A stretch of DNA of 64,000 nucleotides from Smithellaceae bacterium (GTDB taxonomy: Bacteria > Desulfobacterota > Syntrophia > Syntrophales > Smithellaceae): NCBI GenBank assembly GCA_963682105.1, contig OY821638.1:4821245-4885244 (forward strand), given 5' to 3'. Shown piece by piece: positions 25,145-34,306 of the stretch; within the stretch, counting starts at the first letter, position 1; the number at the start of each line of letters is the position of its first letter. The translations under genes were made by a program, and so were the position numbers. Below the pieces are notes generated by a model. The model saw only the letters and a list, made by a program, of their open reading frames with translations. It did no database searches and had not been told where the DNA came from.

Positions 25145-26790
25145 ATCTTCCCCGCCTTTTCCAGTTCGAGACGCCGAAGTTCCTTTTTCATGACCTTGCC
25201 GGTAGGATTTCTCGGAAAGTCATCCACAAATTCTATAAAACTGGGGATTTTGTAGCGCGCAAGTTTTTCCTGGAGATAGGTCTTCAATTCTTCGTCCGTC
25301 ATGGAATCTTTTTCATGCAGCACGACGAAGGCTTTAACCTTTTCCGTAAGCGCCGGGTCCGGAACACCTATAACCGAGACCTCTCTTACTTTGGGATGGG
25401 TTTCGATGGCCATCTCCACCTCCCGGGGATAGATGTTTTCTCCGCCGCGGTTGATCATGTCCTTTTTCCGGTCAACGATGAAAATGAAGCCGTCCTTGTC
25501 CATGATTCCCATGTCTCCGGTGTGCAGCCAACCATCCTTAATGGTATCTCTTGTGGACTCCGGTTGATTATAATAGCATAGCATAACTTGGTCGCCCCTG
25601 ATACAGATCTCTCCGGGTTCCCCTGTGGGCATCTCATTGTTGTTGTCGTCCAGAATTTTCAACTCATTGCCCGGAATTCCAACGCCGACAGACCCCGGTT
25701 TTCTCTTGCCCAGAGGAGGATTTGCGGTCGATATGCCGTGCGCCTCGGAGAGGCCGAAACCCTCGATGATTTCCGTATTGAACTTGTCTCTGAATGTGTT
25801 GATGAGGTCGACGGGCATGGGGGCGGCTCCGCTGAATGCATATCTCAGCTTCAGTCGCGAACGGTCAATTTTCTCCGGGTCCGCAGTAAACAGCACAAAA
25901 GCATACAACGCCGGCACGCCCATGACGACCGTGATGCCGTAATCCAGAATAGGCTCCCAGAAGTCGTTGGGCGAGGGACTTTTGCGCAGGCAGATGGTCA
26001 GTCCGGCAAACATGAGGGGGAATGTCCACACACAGATAGGGTTTACGTGGAACATGGGAAGAACCATGAGCATCACATCGTTATCCCTGTAGCAATTCAT
26101 GCTTGCCATTCCCCTGCACAAGGACAATTGTCCGGCATTTTTAAGCAGGATGCCCTTGGGGCGCCCGGTGGTTCCCGAAGAGTACAATAGAAGAAAGGGA
26201 TCGTCCGGCTTCTGGGGCACAAAGGCTTCGTTTGTCGGGTAGTTTAGAAGAATTTCCGAAAGGGTCGTTTCCACCGGCCCGAATGCATGCCCGGTTCCGG
26301 TGACCACTTCAACCACAATGGGTTTATGGGTTGCCTGTTCATATCCTGCGGCAAACGGCTTCATAAACTCGCTTCCCACAAAGACGATTTTTGGTTTGGC
26401 ATCATCAAGAAGATAGGCTATTTCCGGACCCTGGAGCATAAAATTGACGGCTCCGGAAATGGCTCCAAGTTTCTGGATGCCAAACATAATATGGAAAACT
26501 TCGGGAGAGTTGAGAACCAGAAAGGAGACAAAATCGCCTTTCCGGATGCCTTTGCTTTTCAGAAAGTTGGCTACCCTGTTGGCGCGTTCATTGACTTGCC
26601 GGTATGTTATAACCTGTTCATAAAAATAAACAAACGTTTTATGCGGAATCTCCGCTGCCCTGGCGACAAGCATTTCCGCAGGACTGTCGAATTCGGTTTT
26701 TAATCCCTTTAATACAGATATCTGATTCAGTGGACACGCATCGATCGTGACCTTCTGTGCTGCAAGACCCATGGTTGTTTCTCCTTTCAT
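25141..26790 (-). CDS. AMP-forming acyl-CoA synthetase (ANL superfamily)
   Basis: Carries YSSGTTGRPKG (A3 motif), GEICIRG and WLHTGDMG..D.DGF, with the C-terminal lysine context PRNPTGKVMK. Confidence 0.9.
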   Translation of the reverse strand: MKGETTMGLAAQKVTIDACPLNQISVLKGLKTEFDSPAEMLVARAAEIPHKTFVYFYEQVITYRQVNERANRVANFLKSKGIRKGDFVSFLVLNSPEVFHIMFGIQKLGAISGAVNFMLQGPEIAYLLDDAKPKIVFVGSEFMKPFAAGYEQATHKPIVVEVVTGTGHAFGPVETTLSEILLNYPTNEAFVPQKPDDPFLLLYSSGTTGRPKGILLKNAGQLSLCRGMASMNCYRDNDVMLMVLPMFHVNPICVWTFPLMFAGLTICLRKSPSPNDFWEPILDYGITVVMGVPALYAFVLFTADPEKIDRSRLKLRYAFSGAAPMPVDLINTFRDKFNTEIIEGFGLSEAHGISTANPPLGKRKPGSVGVGIPGNELKILDDNNNEMPTGEPGEICIRGDQVMLCYYNQPESTRDTIKDGWLHTGDMGIMDKDGFIFIVDRKKDMINRGGENIYPREVEMAIETHPKVREVSVIGVPDPALTEKVKAFVVLHEKDSMTDEELKTYLQEKLARYKIPSFIEFVDDFPRNPTGKVMKKELRRLELEKAGKI

Positions 26791-26817
26791 TGATGTGTCG
26801 CTTCGCCTGGCAGGCGA

Positions 26818-28311
26818 TTAAACCATTTTTGTCAGCGTTCCGGGTTTCAGTTGTTCGATTCCCGCAAGGTAATTGGCAAGATGTTCCCGAAGTTTGATGT
26901 CGTACTGGGATGTGATGGCAATCTGCTCCATGATGGGTGATCCGCCGCCGTGATAGTTGCCATAGTTCATCGATCCGGTGGCTGAGGAACAGGTAAAATC
27001 AATGAAGGACAGCCAGAACCGAATCTGATGCTCGATCGGTATTTTGGGATTGCGCATCAGGTATTTCTCCAGTGTTGCTTTGGTTTCCGGATTGGTGAGA
27101 TCACCTTCATAGGGGAATGTGGCTGGCAGGCCGCCTGCGATGTTGCAGAGAATTTCCTGCTCGTGGAAGACGGCTTCGCCGGTGAGGCATCGGCCCACAT
27201 TGGCATAAATCGAATTCGGGATGTAGCTGCCCGGTCCGTAGGGTATGGGGCCCATTCCCGGGACATAAATTTCAGGCTTTGCCGTGGCCGATGCGGTAAA
27301 GCCCGCCGCATAACCCAGTTCCGAAACCGTGATGATTTCCGCCAGCATTTCCCGGATGTGCGATTCTTTCCTGATGCCATTGACATTGGCGGCCTGCGAA
27401 GCCATGCCCAGAAGAACATCACCGATCGCCGGCTTGCAGCCTGAATAGCTGTGACGGTGAAACAGCGCAAACAGAAGGGCGCAGGCGCCGCCGTGCATAT
27501 TTTCCCCGCAGAGGAACACGCGTTCCCACGGCACAAAGACGTTATCAAAGACCACATAGGAATCCGTATAACCCCCATCAAAGCCCCGTTGGTAATGCTT
27601 ACGCTCGCGCATCGCATGGATATGGACGATTTGCCTTACTCCCTCATGATCGGCCGGGACGGCAAACGCAACGGCATAGTCTTTCTCATCCGGACCCAGC
27701 GCGCGGGTGGGCACAACCATAATTTCATCGGCAATCGACGCCTCCGAGATATGGACTTTGCAGCCATTGACAACGATGCCGTCTTTCTTTTTTTCCACCA
27801 CATGAAGGTATGCATCCGGATCCGTCTGCTCGGCCGGTCTTTTCAATCGCTCGCCTTTCACATCCGTCTGGGCGCTGCACCCCACCAGATCGTTTTTCTG
27901 GAAATAGTCAAGCCACTTCAGAAAATTTTTATGGTATTCCGTGTTGCCGTTGTTCTGCTTGTCGGCTTCGAAGGAAGCGGCATTGACGGCGTTGAGCGCA
28001 TCGCATCCCATGCACCGCTGGATGCATAAGCCGACCTTCCTGCAAAGGGCACGCGTCATGTTCTGCTTTTTATGCAGATCCTCAGGAGACTGATGAACAT
28101 GGCAGAACCGGTTGATGATTTCACCTGATAAATGGGATTTGGCCGTGCACAGGTCTTTGAGCTCGGGATCGCATGCGGCGTCAAAAGTAACGCCCATGAC
28201 ATTAAGAACCTTCTGCTGGACTTCATCGGTTCGGTCAATTTTATTCCCGTCAAAAAATAAATTCCGCCGCATCTTTCTTAAGCCTTCTACGTATTGCTCT
28301 CTCGTTCTCAT
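26818..28311 (-). CDS. 4-hydroxybutyryl-CoA dehydratase / vinylacetyl-CoA isomerase family protein (AbfD-like), paralog 1
   Basis: 497 aa with AAAGGAGG SD. It has CIQRC (Cx3C) and HRHSYSGC (Hx6C), matching the AbfD [4Fe-4S] ligand spacing (C99/C103/H292/C299 in the Clostridium enzyme, from memory). Confidence 0.8.
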   Translation of the reverse strand: MRTREQYVEGLRKMRRNLFFDGNKIDRTDEVQQKVLNVMGVTFDAACDPELKDLCTAKSHLSGEIINRFCHVHQSPEDLHKKQNMTRALCRKVGLCIQRCMGCDALNAVNAASFEADKQNNGNTEYHKNFLKWLDYFQKNDLVGCSAQTDVKGERLKRPAEQTDPDAYLHVVEKKKDGIVVNGCKVHISEASIADEIMVVPTRALGPDEKDYAVAFAVPADHEGVRQIVHIHAMRERKHYQRGFDGGYTDSYVVFDNVFVPWERVFLCGENMHGGACALLFALFHRHSYSGCKPAIGDVLLGMASQAANVNGIRKESHIREMLAEIITVSELGYAAGFTASATAKPEIYVPGMGPIPYGPGSYIPNSIYANVGRCLTGEAVFHEQEILCNIAGGLPATFPYEGDLTNPETKATLEKYLMRNPKIPIEHQIRFWLSFIDFTCSSATGSMNYGNYHGGGSPIMEQIAITSQYDIKLREHLANYLAGIEQLKPGTLTKMV

Positions 28312-28342
28312 ATGGGCCTCCTTTGAATAGTTAATATATTGA

Positions 28343-28366
28343 ACAGTACTGTCTGTTATTACAGAC
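28343..28366. promoter_or_regulatory. Overlapping palindromes in the abfD1 leader
   Basis: ACAGTACTGT (28343-28352) is a perfect 10-bp palindrome. GTCTGT-TATT-ACAGAC (28351-28366) is a perfect 6-bp-arm inverted repeat. Confidence 0.35.
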
Positions 28367-28384
28367 TTGATTTTGCATGTTAAA

Positions 28385-28435
28385 ATCTTAAGTGAATAAG
28401 CTTAACTTGACAATTTCGTTAGAAGACAATAACAT
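28385..28435. promoter_or_regulatory. Back-to-back divergent promoter candidates (abfD1 operon and araC-type gene) with overlapping -35 boxes
   Basis: Plus strand: TTGACA 28407-28412, 17-nt spacer, TAACAT 28430-28435. Minus strand: TTGTCA (complement of 28408-28413), 17-nt spacer, TAAGAT (complement of 28385-28390). Confidence 0.4.
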
Positions 28436-28483
28436 TGTCATTTACGGACAATTATTGGACAATAATATTGTCATTTGCGGACA
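28425..28483. promoter_or_regulatory. Two tandem 26-bp operator-like units spaced 33 bp
   Basis: GACAATAACATTGTCATTTACGGACA (28425-28450) and GACAATAATATTGTCATTTGCGGACA (28458-28483) are 24/26 identical. Each contains the inverted repeat GACAAT-N3-ATTGTC. They lie between the putative -10 and the araC-type ATG. Confidence 0.5.
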
Positions 28484-28491
28484 GGGGTGAT

Positions 28492-29538
28492 ATGAGAAAA
28501 CATTCAAACACGGACACGCATTTCACATCAAAAGGAGTTCTGCCGTATTATCGCTCGGTCAATATCCTGTCGGTCGTTGTCCATTATATGGAAAAGCTTG
28601 GGTTTGATGCAGATGATCTTCTTGCCGGCAGCGGCATTCAGGCAGGCGACCTGGACGACCCGGATGTTTTTGTAACGCCGGAACAGGAATTTAAGGTCAT
28701 GCGCAAGATCGTTGCCTTGAAACCGGACCCGACGATAGGGTTCGTTCTGGGACAGCAGTACCATATCGGAGTTTACAATAAGATCGGAGCGGCGGTTTGC
28801 AGCAGTGACACGCTGCTTGAGGCCTTAAAAATACTCTTTCAATATATCGATCTCACCATGACCTATTTCCAGTACGATCTTGAGGTGAGGGATAATCTTG
28901 TTTTTATAAAAATCAGGGAGCTTATTGACCTCAAGGAACTGCGCAAATTTATCTGTGAAAGAGAATTTTCCGCCGCGCATCGGATCGTCTGCGACGCCCT
29001 TCAGTTACTCATACCGTTTAATGAAGTCAGACTTGCTTACCCGAAGCCGGCGCATGCCTCTACCTATAAGGATGCATTCCGGTGTCCGGTTTATTTTAAT
29101 GCTCCTGAACACATGGTCGTTTTTGACAGCAAGTATCTCTTCATGCGGTTGCCGATGGCAAATCCGCTGATGAAAAAAACATACGAGAAAGAATGCAGGC
29201 AATTGTGCCTTCGCCTGCAGGTACAGGAGTCCGCCACCGATCAGGTGCGGCATAACATTTTTTTCGGCCCTGAAGGCCTGCCGTCGTTGGGCCAGTTGTC
29301 CCGGAACATGAGTATTTCATCCAGAACCCTGAGACGCCGTCTGGCAGAAGAGGGAACATCCTTTAAGGCATTGGGGGCGGAAATTCTGAAAGAAAAGGCA
29401 ATCAATCTGATTCAAACGACATCCCGGCCGATGGAGCAGATTGCCGCGGAACTCGGATACAGTGATCTGCCGAATTTTTACCGTGCCTTCAGGAACTGGA
29501 CCGGGCATAAACCCAGTTATTATCGTGAAAGAAAATAA
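28492..29538 (+). CDS. AraC family transcriptional regulator
   Basis: ATG 28492 follows an AGGGGTGA SD. The C-terminal HTH region is LSRNMSISSRTLRRRLAEEGTSFKAL...IAAELGYSDLPNFYRAFRNWTG. Confidence 0.9.
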   Translation: MRKHSNTDTHFTSKGVLPYYRSVNILSVVVHYMEKLGFDADDLLAGSGIQAGDLDDPDVFVTPEQEFKVMRKIVALKPDPTIGFVLGQQYHIGVYNKIGAAVCSSDTLLEALKILFQYIDLTMTYFQYDLEVRDNLVFIKIRELIDLKELRKFICEREFSAAHRIVCDALQLLIPFNEVRLAYPKPAHASTYKDAFRCPVYFNAPEHMVVFDSKYLFMRLPMANPLMKKTYEKECRQLCLRLQVQESATDQVRHNIFFGPEGLPSLGQLSRNMSISSRTLRRRLAEEGTSFKALGAEILKEKAINLIQTTSRPMEQIAAELGYSDLPNFYRAFRNWTGHKPSYYRERK

Positions 29539-29593
29539 CTGAACGGCTCCGGTTATAAGCAAAACCATACTGAGTAGGTCTATTGCCGTTAGT

Positions 29594-29640
29594 GAAAAAA
29601 AAGAAACTCCGGAAGGCAACCGTTGCCTTCCGGAGTTTCT
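29594..29640 (-). terminator. Rho-independent terminator of abfD2 (39-nt perfect palindrome)
   Basis: 29602-29640 pairs perfectly (19 bp around C29621). The A-run at 29595-29601 becomes a U-tract on the minus strand. It lies between the convergent araC-type and abfD2 genes. Confidence 0.8.
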
Positions 29641-29669
29641 GATATGGGTATTCAAAGCCTGTTGAACGG

Positions 29670-31163
29670 TTAAGTCATTTTAGTCAGCGTTCCCGCCTTC
29701 AGGGGTTCAATTCCCGCCAGATAATTGGCCAGATGTTCCCGAAGTTTGATATCATACTGGGAGGTAATGGCAATCTGTTCCATGATCGGCGATCCGCCGC
29801 CGTGATAGTTGCCGTAGTTGATCGATCCGGACGTTGACGAACAGGTGTAATCAATGAAGGACAGCCAGAACCGAATCTGATGCTCGATCGGTATTTTGGG
29901 ATTGCGCATCAGGTATTTTTCCAGCGTTGCCTTGGTTTCCGGATTGGTGAGATCGCCTTCATAGGGGAAGGTGGCCGGCATGCCGCCTGCAATGTTGCAC
30001 AGAATTTCCTGCTCATGGAACACGGCTTCGCCGGTGAGGCATCGGCCCACATTGGCGTAGATCGAATTCGGAATGTAACTGCCCGGTCCGTAGGGGACAG
30101 GACCCAGTCCCGGAATATAGATTTCCGGTTTGGCCATGGCCGATGCGGTAAAGCCTGCGGCGTACCCCAGTTCCGAAACCTTGATAATTTCAGACAGCAT
30201 TTCCCGGATATGCGACTCTTTCTTGACGCCGTTGACATTGGCGGCCTGAGATGCCAGGCCCAAAACGATGTCGCCGATGGCAGGCTTGCAGCCGGAATAG
30301 CTGTGACGGTGGAACAGCGCAAACAGGAGAGCGCAGGCGCCGCCGTGCATATTCTCGCCGCAGAGGAACACGCGGTCCCACGGCACGAAAACATGGTCAA
30401 AAACAATATAGGAATCCGAATAGCCGAAACTGAAGCCTCTTTGATAATGCTTGCGTTCGCGAAGCGTATGAAGATGGACGATCTGCTTTACGCCTTCATG
30501 ATCAGCGGGCACGGCAAACGCAACGGCATAATCTTTTTCATCCGGACCCAGCGCGCGGGTGGGCACAACCATGATTTCATCGGCAATGGACGCCTCCGAG
30601 ATATGGACCTTGCAGCCATTGACGATGATGCCGTCTTTATTTTTTTCCACCACATGGAGATAGGCATCCGGGTCTGTCTGCTCGGCCGGTCTTTTCAACC
30701 GCTCGCCTTTCACATCCGTCTGGGCGCTGGCGCCGACCAGATCGTTTTTCTGGAAATATTCGAGCCATTTCAGGAAATTTTTATGGTACTCCGTGTTGCC
30801 GTTGTTCTGCTTGTCCGCTTCGAAGGAGACGGAATTGACGGCGTTGAGCGCGTCGACGCCCATACACCGCTGGATGCACAGGCCGACTTTTCGGCACAGG
30901 GCGCGGGTCATGTTCTGCTTTTTATGCAGATCCTCCGGAGACTGATGAACGTGGCAGAACCGGTTGATCGTTTCGCCCGTCAGATGGGATTTGGCCGTGC
31001 ACAGGTCCTTCAGTTCGGGATCGAAGGCCGCGTCAAAGGTAACGCCCATGACGTCGATCACCCTTTTCTGGACCTCGTCGGTTCGGTCAATCTTGTTGCC
31101 GTCAAAATATAAATTCCGTCGCATCTTTTTCAGACCTTCTATGTACTGCTCTTTGTTTCTCAT
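29670..31163 (-). CDS. AbfD-like dehydratase family protein, paralog 2
   Basis: Start moved to ATG 31163 (AAAGGAGG SD, same geometry and 497-aa length as paralog 1). It keeps CIQRC and HRHSYSGC. Confidence 0.8.
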   Translation of the reverse strand: MRNKEQYIEGLKKMRRNLYFDGNKIDRTDEVQKRVIDVMGVTFDAAFDPELKDLCTAKSHLTGETINRFCHVHQSPEDLHKKQNMTRALCRKVGLCIQRCMGVDALNAVNSVSFEADKQNNGNTEYHKNFLKWLEYFQKNDLVGASAQTDVKGERLKRPAEQTDPDAYLHVVEKNKDGIIVNGCKVHISEASIADEIMVVPTRALGPDEKDYAVAFAVPADHEGVKQIVHLHTLRERKHYQRGFSFGYSDSYIVFDHVFVPWDRVFLCGENMHGGACALLFALFHRHSYSGCKPAIGDIVLGLASQAANVNGVKKESHIREMLSEIIKVSELGYAAGFTASAMAKPEIYIPGLGPVPYGPGSYIPNSIYANVGRCLTGEAVFHEQEILCNIAGGMPATFPYEGDLTNPETKATLEKYLMRNPKIPIEHQIRFWLSFIDYTCSSTSGSINYGNYHGGGSPIMEQIAITSQYDIKLREHLANYLAGIEPLKAGTLTKMT

Positions 31164-31268
31164 ATGTGCCTCCTTTAAGACGTGTCTTATGTCGATCAAT
31201 AAATTATTGACGTTCATAATATTTGTCTATATTTTAACTCATAATAAATAAAAATCAATAAATATTAA

Positions 31269-31297
31269 TTGACAGTAATTATAAGTTGGTTTAATAT
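31269..31297 (+). promoter_or_regulatory. Candidate sigma70-type promoter of the tetR-type gene
   Basis: TTGACA (31269-31274), 17-nt spacer, TAATAT (31292-31297), inside an AT-rich divergent region. Confidence 0.45.
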
Positions 31298-31431
31298 TAC
31301 TATTACATTGATTATTTTGCGTTTCTTAGAACGGTTGTATGGGTTCATATGGCCCATTACCACAGGCGAAGATACTTGCCTTTTGACGTGCCGTGATTTA
31401 GATTGCAGACCCAACACAACAAGGAGAGTTT

Positions 31432-32133
31432 ATGGCCAGAGATGATATCAAGGAAGCCAGAAAAGATAATGTTATTGAATCCGCTCTGCAGGTGTTTGCG
31501 GAAAAAGGTTATGCGGATGCCACCATGACCGATATCGCAAAAAAAGCGGGTGTTTCCACGCCGGTTTTGTATGAATATTTTAAAACCAAGGAGGATTTGC
31601 TTTTTGCCATTCCGGAAAAATTTACCGGAGAGCCGGCGCAAATGTTTGATTTTATGCTTCCCTACCTTCGAGGGCCTGAAGCAAAAATAAGGGGAATTGT
31701 TCAGGGGTATTTGACTCTTTATGAAAGCAACCCTCTTTACACGTCCCTGGTCATGCTGGAATTAAAAACAAATCGAAGGTTCTTGAAAACGAATGCATAC
31801 AGCCTCATCAAGAAGGTTGCCCATATCCTTCTGGAAAGCATTCGGGAAGGAATCAACGACGGAACATTTAAAGAGAATACCGATGCTTTTTTGATCCGAT
31901 CCATGATTTTGGGCGCCATTGAGCATCTGTGCGTCCGCAAGCTTCTGCTCGGGGAACCGAAAAATCTCCTTTTGTATGTTGATCCGATGGTTGATACGAT
32001 TCTGGATGGAATCAAGAAGCAGTCAAAACAGGTTTCCATTAATCTGAATCTGAATAATCTGGAGTTGCCGGACCGTCCGGCGGCCGATTTGCCGAAAGGA
32101 AGAAAAGCAGGCGCCGGAAAGAAATCATCCTGA
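31432..32133 (+). CDS. TetR/AcrR family transcriptional regulator
   Basis: The N-terminal HTH is ESALQVFAEKGYADATMTDIAKKAGVSTPVLYEYFKTKEDLL. AAGGAGAG SD. Confidence 0.9.
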   Translation: MARDDIKEARKDNVIESALQVFAEKGYADATMTDIAKKAGVSTPVLYEYFKTKEDLLFAIPEKFTGEPAQMFDFMLPYLRGPEAKIRGIVQGYLTLYESNPLYTSLVMLELKTNRRFLKTNAYSLIKKVAHILLESIREGINDGTFKENTDAFLIRSMILGAIEHLCVRKLLLGEPKNLLLYVDPMVDTILDGIKKQSKQVSINLNLNNLELPDRPAADLPKGRKAGAGKKSS

Positions 32134-32170
32134 GGACCGGCGCGGCTTTCTATTATGGTGTACATGGGCT

Positions 32171-32941
32171 ATGCAATCAGAAGATTATGAACGTCTGAAA
32201 TACGCCCGCGGCCTTCTTGAAACCCCGGGGCTTGCAGCACGGCTTTCAAATATGATCGGCATGCCCTTTGAGAAGGCCTTTGAATATCTGCCGGCAAAAT
32301 GGTCTGACTCGATCCAGACGATTACCCGGAAATCTCTGTGGCATGCGCTCGACATTGCCGTCAAAACCTTTGACCGGCATGAAAAAAGATTAGCCAGTAA
32401 TGCCCTTCATAAAGTTCTTGTTGCCGCGTCGGGAGGAGTGGGTGGCGCTTTTGGGCTTCCGGCGCTGGCCATTGAATTGCCGGTTACAACCGTCATTATG
32501 TTCCGGTCCATTGCCGATATCGCCAGAAGCGAAGGGGAGGATCTTCAGCAGATGGAAACCAGGCTCGCCTGTCTTGCGGTTTTTGCTCTGGGAGGAAACT
32601 CCGCCAAAGACGACGGCGCTGAGGGCGGCTATTACGCAGTGAAGATCCTGCTGGCCCAGCAGTTGTCCGAGGCTGCCAGGTATATTGTGCAAAGGGGAAT
32701 TGCCGAAGAAGGAGCCCCTGCGCTGGTCAGGCTTCTGGCCACAATCGCCTCAAGATTCGGCGTCACCGTGTCACAGAAAGCCGCCGCATCGGCGGTTCCG
32801 CTTATCGGCGCAGCCGGAGGCGCGCTCATCAACTCTCTCTTTATGGAACATTTCCAGAACATGGCAAGAGGGCATTTCATGATGAGGGGGCTCGAAAAAA
32901 AATACGGTCCGGAAGAGGTTTCCCGCCTGTATCACCTATAA
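32171..32941 (+). CDS. EcsC family protein
   Basis: ASGGVGGAFGLPALAIELPVTTVIMFRSIADIARSEG resembles the EcsC core (GG.SG.GG...DLP....I.LR). Confidence 0.65.
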   Translation: MQSEDYERLKYARGLLETPGLAARLSNMIGMPFEKAFEYLPAKWSDSIQTITRKSLWHALDIAVKTFDRHEKRLASNALHKVLVAASGGVGGAFGLPALAIELPVTTVIMFRSIADIARSEGEDLQQMETRLACLAVFALGGNSAKDDGAEGGYYAVKILLAQQLSEAARYIVQRGIAEEGAPALVRLLATIASRFGVTVSQKAAASAVPLIGAAGGALINSLFMEHFQNMARGHFMMRGLEKKYGPEEVSRLYHL

Positions 32942-32973
32942 CCTATCGCCCATCGCCTATAACCTCTGGCCTA

Positions 32974-33558
32974 TCATCCATTTGCCTTCTCTACATCTTC
33001 CGGCGTATTCAGATTCCGGAAAAGACGGCCGTCCGCATTAAAAGGTTTGATTTGCTCTTCCCCGATGGTCAAAACGCGCATATCGCGGTAGAAACCGGTA
33101 ATTTTGAGTTTATCCATCAGCAGCAGTCTTTTGATGTTGGGCAGACAGTTGCGCGAGTAAATGGCGTGCAGGGGCTGATAGCCTTCCGGGAGATCCGGGA
33201 CGATGATGTCATGTTTGCCGGACTGTCCAATCAGATATGAGATAAAATCTTTGTTCAAAAAAGGCATGTCGCAGGGGCTGACAAAAGCATAGGGGGTTCT
33301 GGCATAAGACAATCCTGTGTATATCCCGCAGAGAGGGCCTTTGCCTTTGTAAATATCCGTCACCACGGCAGCGTCGCTAAATTCCAGGTAAGAAAGAGGA
33401 TCGTTGGTGACGATAATGATTTCGGCAAACAGTTGACGGTAAATATCAAGGGTCCTGTCGATCAGGCGGATTCCGTCGATTTCCAGGAATGCTTTATTGG
33501 TTCCCATACGGGAATTTTTACCCCCCGCCAGAAGAATGCCGGTTGTTTTGGAATTCAT
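32974..33558 (-). CDS. mobA: Molybdenum cofactor guanylyltransferase (MobA-like)
   Basis: GILLAGGKNSRMGTNKAFLEI and later SPCDMPFL are MobA family motifs. 194 aa. Confidence 0.8.
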   Translation of the reverse strand: MNSKTTGILLAGGKNSRMGTNKAFLEIDGIRLIDRTLDIYRQLFAEIIIVTNDPLSYLEFSDAAVVTDIYKGKGPLCGIYTGLSYARTPYAFVSPCDMPFLNKDFISYLIGQSGKHDIIVPDLPEGYQPLHAIYSRNCLPNIKRLLLMDKLKITGFYRDMRVLTIGEEQIKPFNADGRLFRNLNTPEDVEKANG

Positions 33559-33690
33559 ATTATTTCCTGTCTAATTGATCCAAAAGATTTTCCTGCTTTT
33601 TAACTGTCTTAATTGTATATCTTATTTGAAGATCAAGATGATTGTCCATTCATTTTTATCTATGATTGATAGAACGATGAATTGAGGAAT

Positions 33691-33726
33691 CCGGGAATGT
33701 CCCGACCGATAACAGGACATTCCCGG
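33691..33726 (-). terminator. Stem-loop downstream of the acetate-channel gene (no clear U-tract)
   Basis: 12-bp perfect stem CCGGGAATGTCC / GGACATTCCCGG with a 12-nt loop, 23 nt past the stop. Confidence 0.4.
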
Positions 33727-33748
33727 TGACTTGATGTTAAAGCTGGTT

Positions 33749-34306
33749 TTAACCGATCGGTAAAATTACTTTTCCGAATTTTTCATTAATGACCTCGGCC
33801 ATGGCAAGGTAAATGGCGGAGAGTCCGCAGAAGATACCTTCGTAGCCGGTCACGACCGCCCATGTTCCTTTCCATTCGAATGCATCACGTGCCGCAAGCA
33901 TCCAGAACAGAATGGTCAGAGACAGAAAGACCACCTGAAGCGCCCGATTTGCCTTCCAGGTGCCGATCCACATGAAAAATGTAAACAGACCCCACATGAA
34001 GAGATAGCAAGCCATGAATGCTTCACCGTTTGCCGGTATTCCGAACTTTCCATTGAAATAAATAAGGAATACCAATGTTAACCAGAAAAATCCATAGGAT
34101 GTGAAGGCAGTAGTGCCAAAGGTATTACCTTTTTTAAATTCCATGCATCCCGCGACGACTTGGGCCATTCCGCCATAGAAAATGCCCATTGCTAAAATAA
34201 CTGCGTTGACCGGAAAAAAACCTGCGTTGTGGATGTTTAAGAGAACAGTGGTCATTCCAAAACCCATCAGACCCAATGGTGCAGGATTAGCAAGATTGTC
34301 AGACAT
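33749..34306 (-). CDS. GPR1/FUN34/YaaH family acetate/succinate channel (SatP-like)
   Basis: Start moved to ATG 34306 (AAGGAGGGGG SD). Carries the NPAPLGLMGFG signature and is multi-pass hydrophobic. Confidence 0.85.
   Translation of the reverse strand: MSDNLANPAPLGLMGFGMTTVLLNIHNAGFFPVNAVILAMGIFYGGMAQVVAGCMEFKKGNTFGTTAFTSYGFFWLTLVFLIYFNGKFGIPANGEAFMACYLFMWGLFTFFMWIGTWKANRALQVVFLSLTILFWMLAARDAFEWKGTWAVVTGYEGIFCGLSAIYLAMAEVINEKFGKVILPIG

Larger units (their letters stand above)
26818..31163. repeat. Dispersed direct duplication: abfD-like genes 26818-28311 and 29670-31163
   Basis: Both encode 497 aa with no indels. I counted about 48 substitutions by hand (about 90 percent identity). Long stretches are identical at nucleotide level. 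Confidence 0.9.

Noticed and set aside
29880-31112. 410-aa plus-strand ORF (and its counterparts 27028-27444 and 27451-28029)
   Set aside because: It lies exactly antisense to the well-supported abfD-like genes. The translation is Arg/Gly/Ala/His-rich with low complexity and no motifs. The same artefact appears opposite both paralogs, as expected for an open antisense frame in GC3-rich coding DNA.
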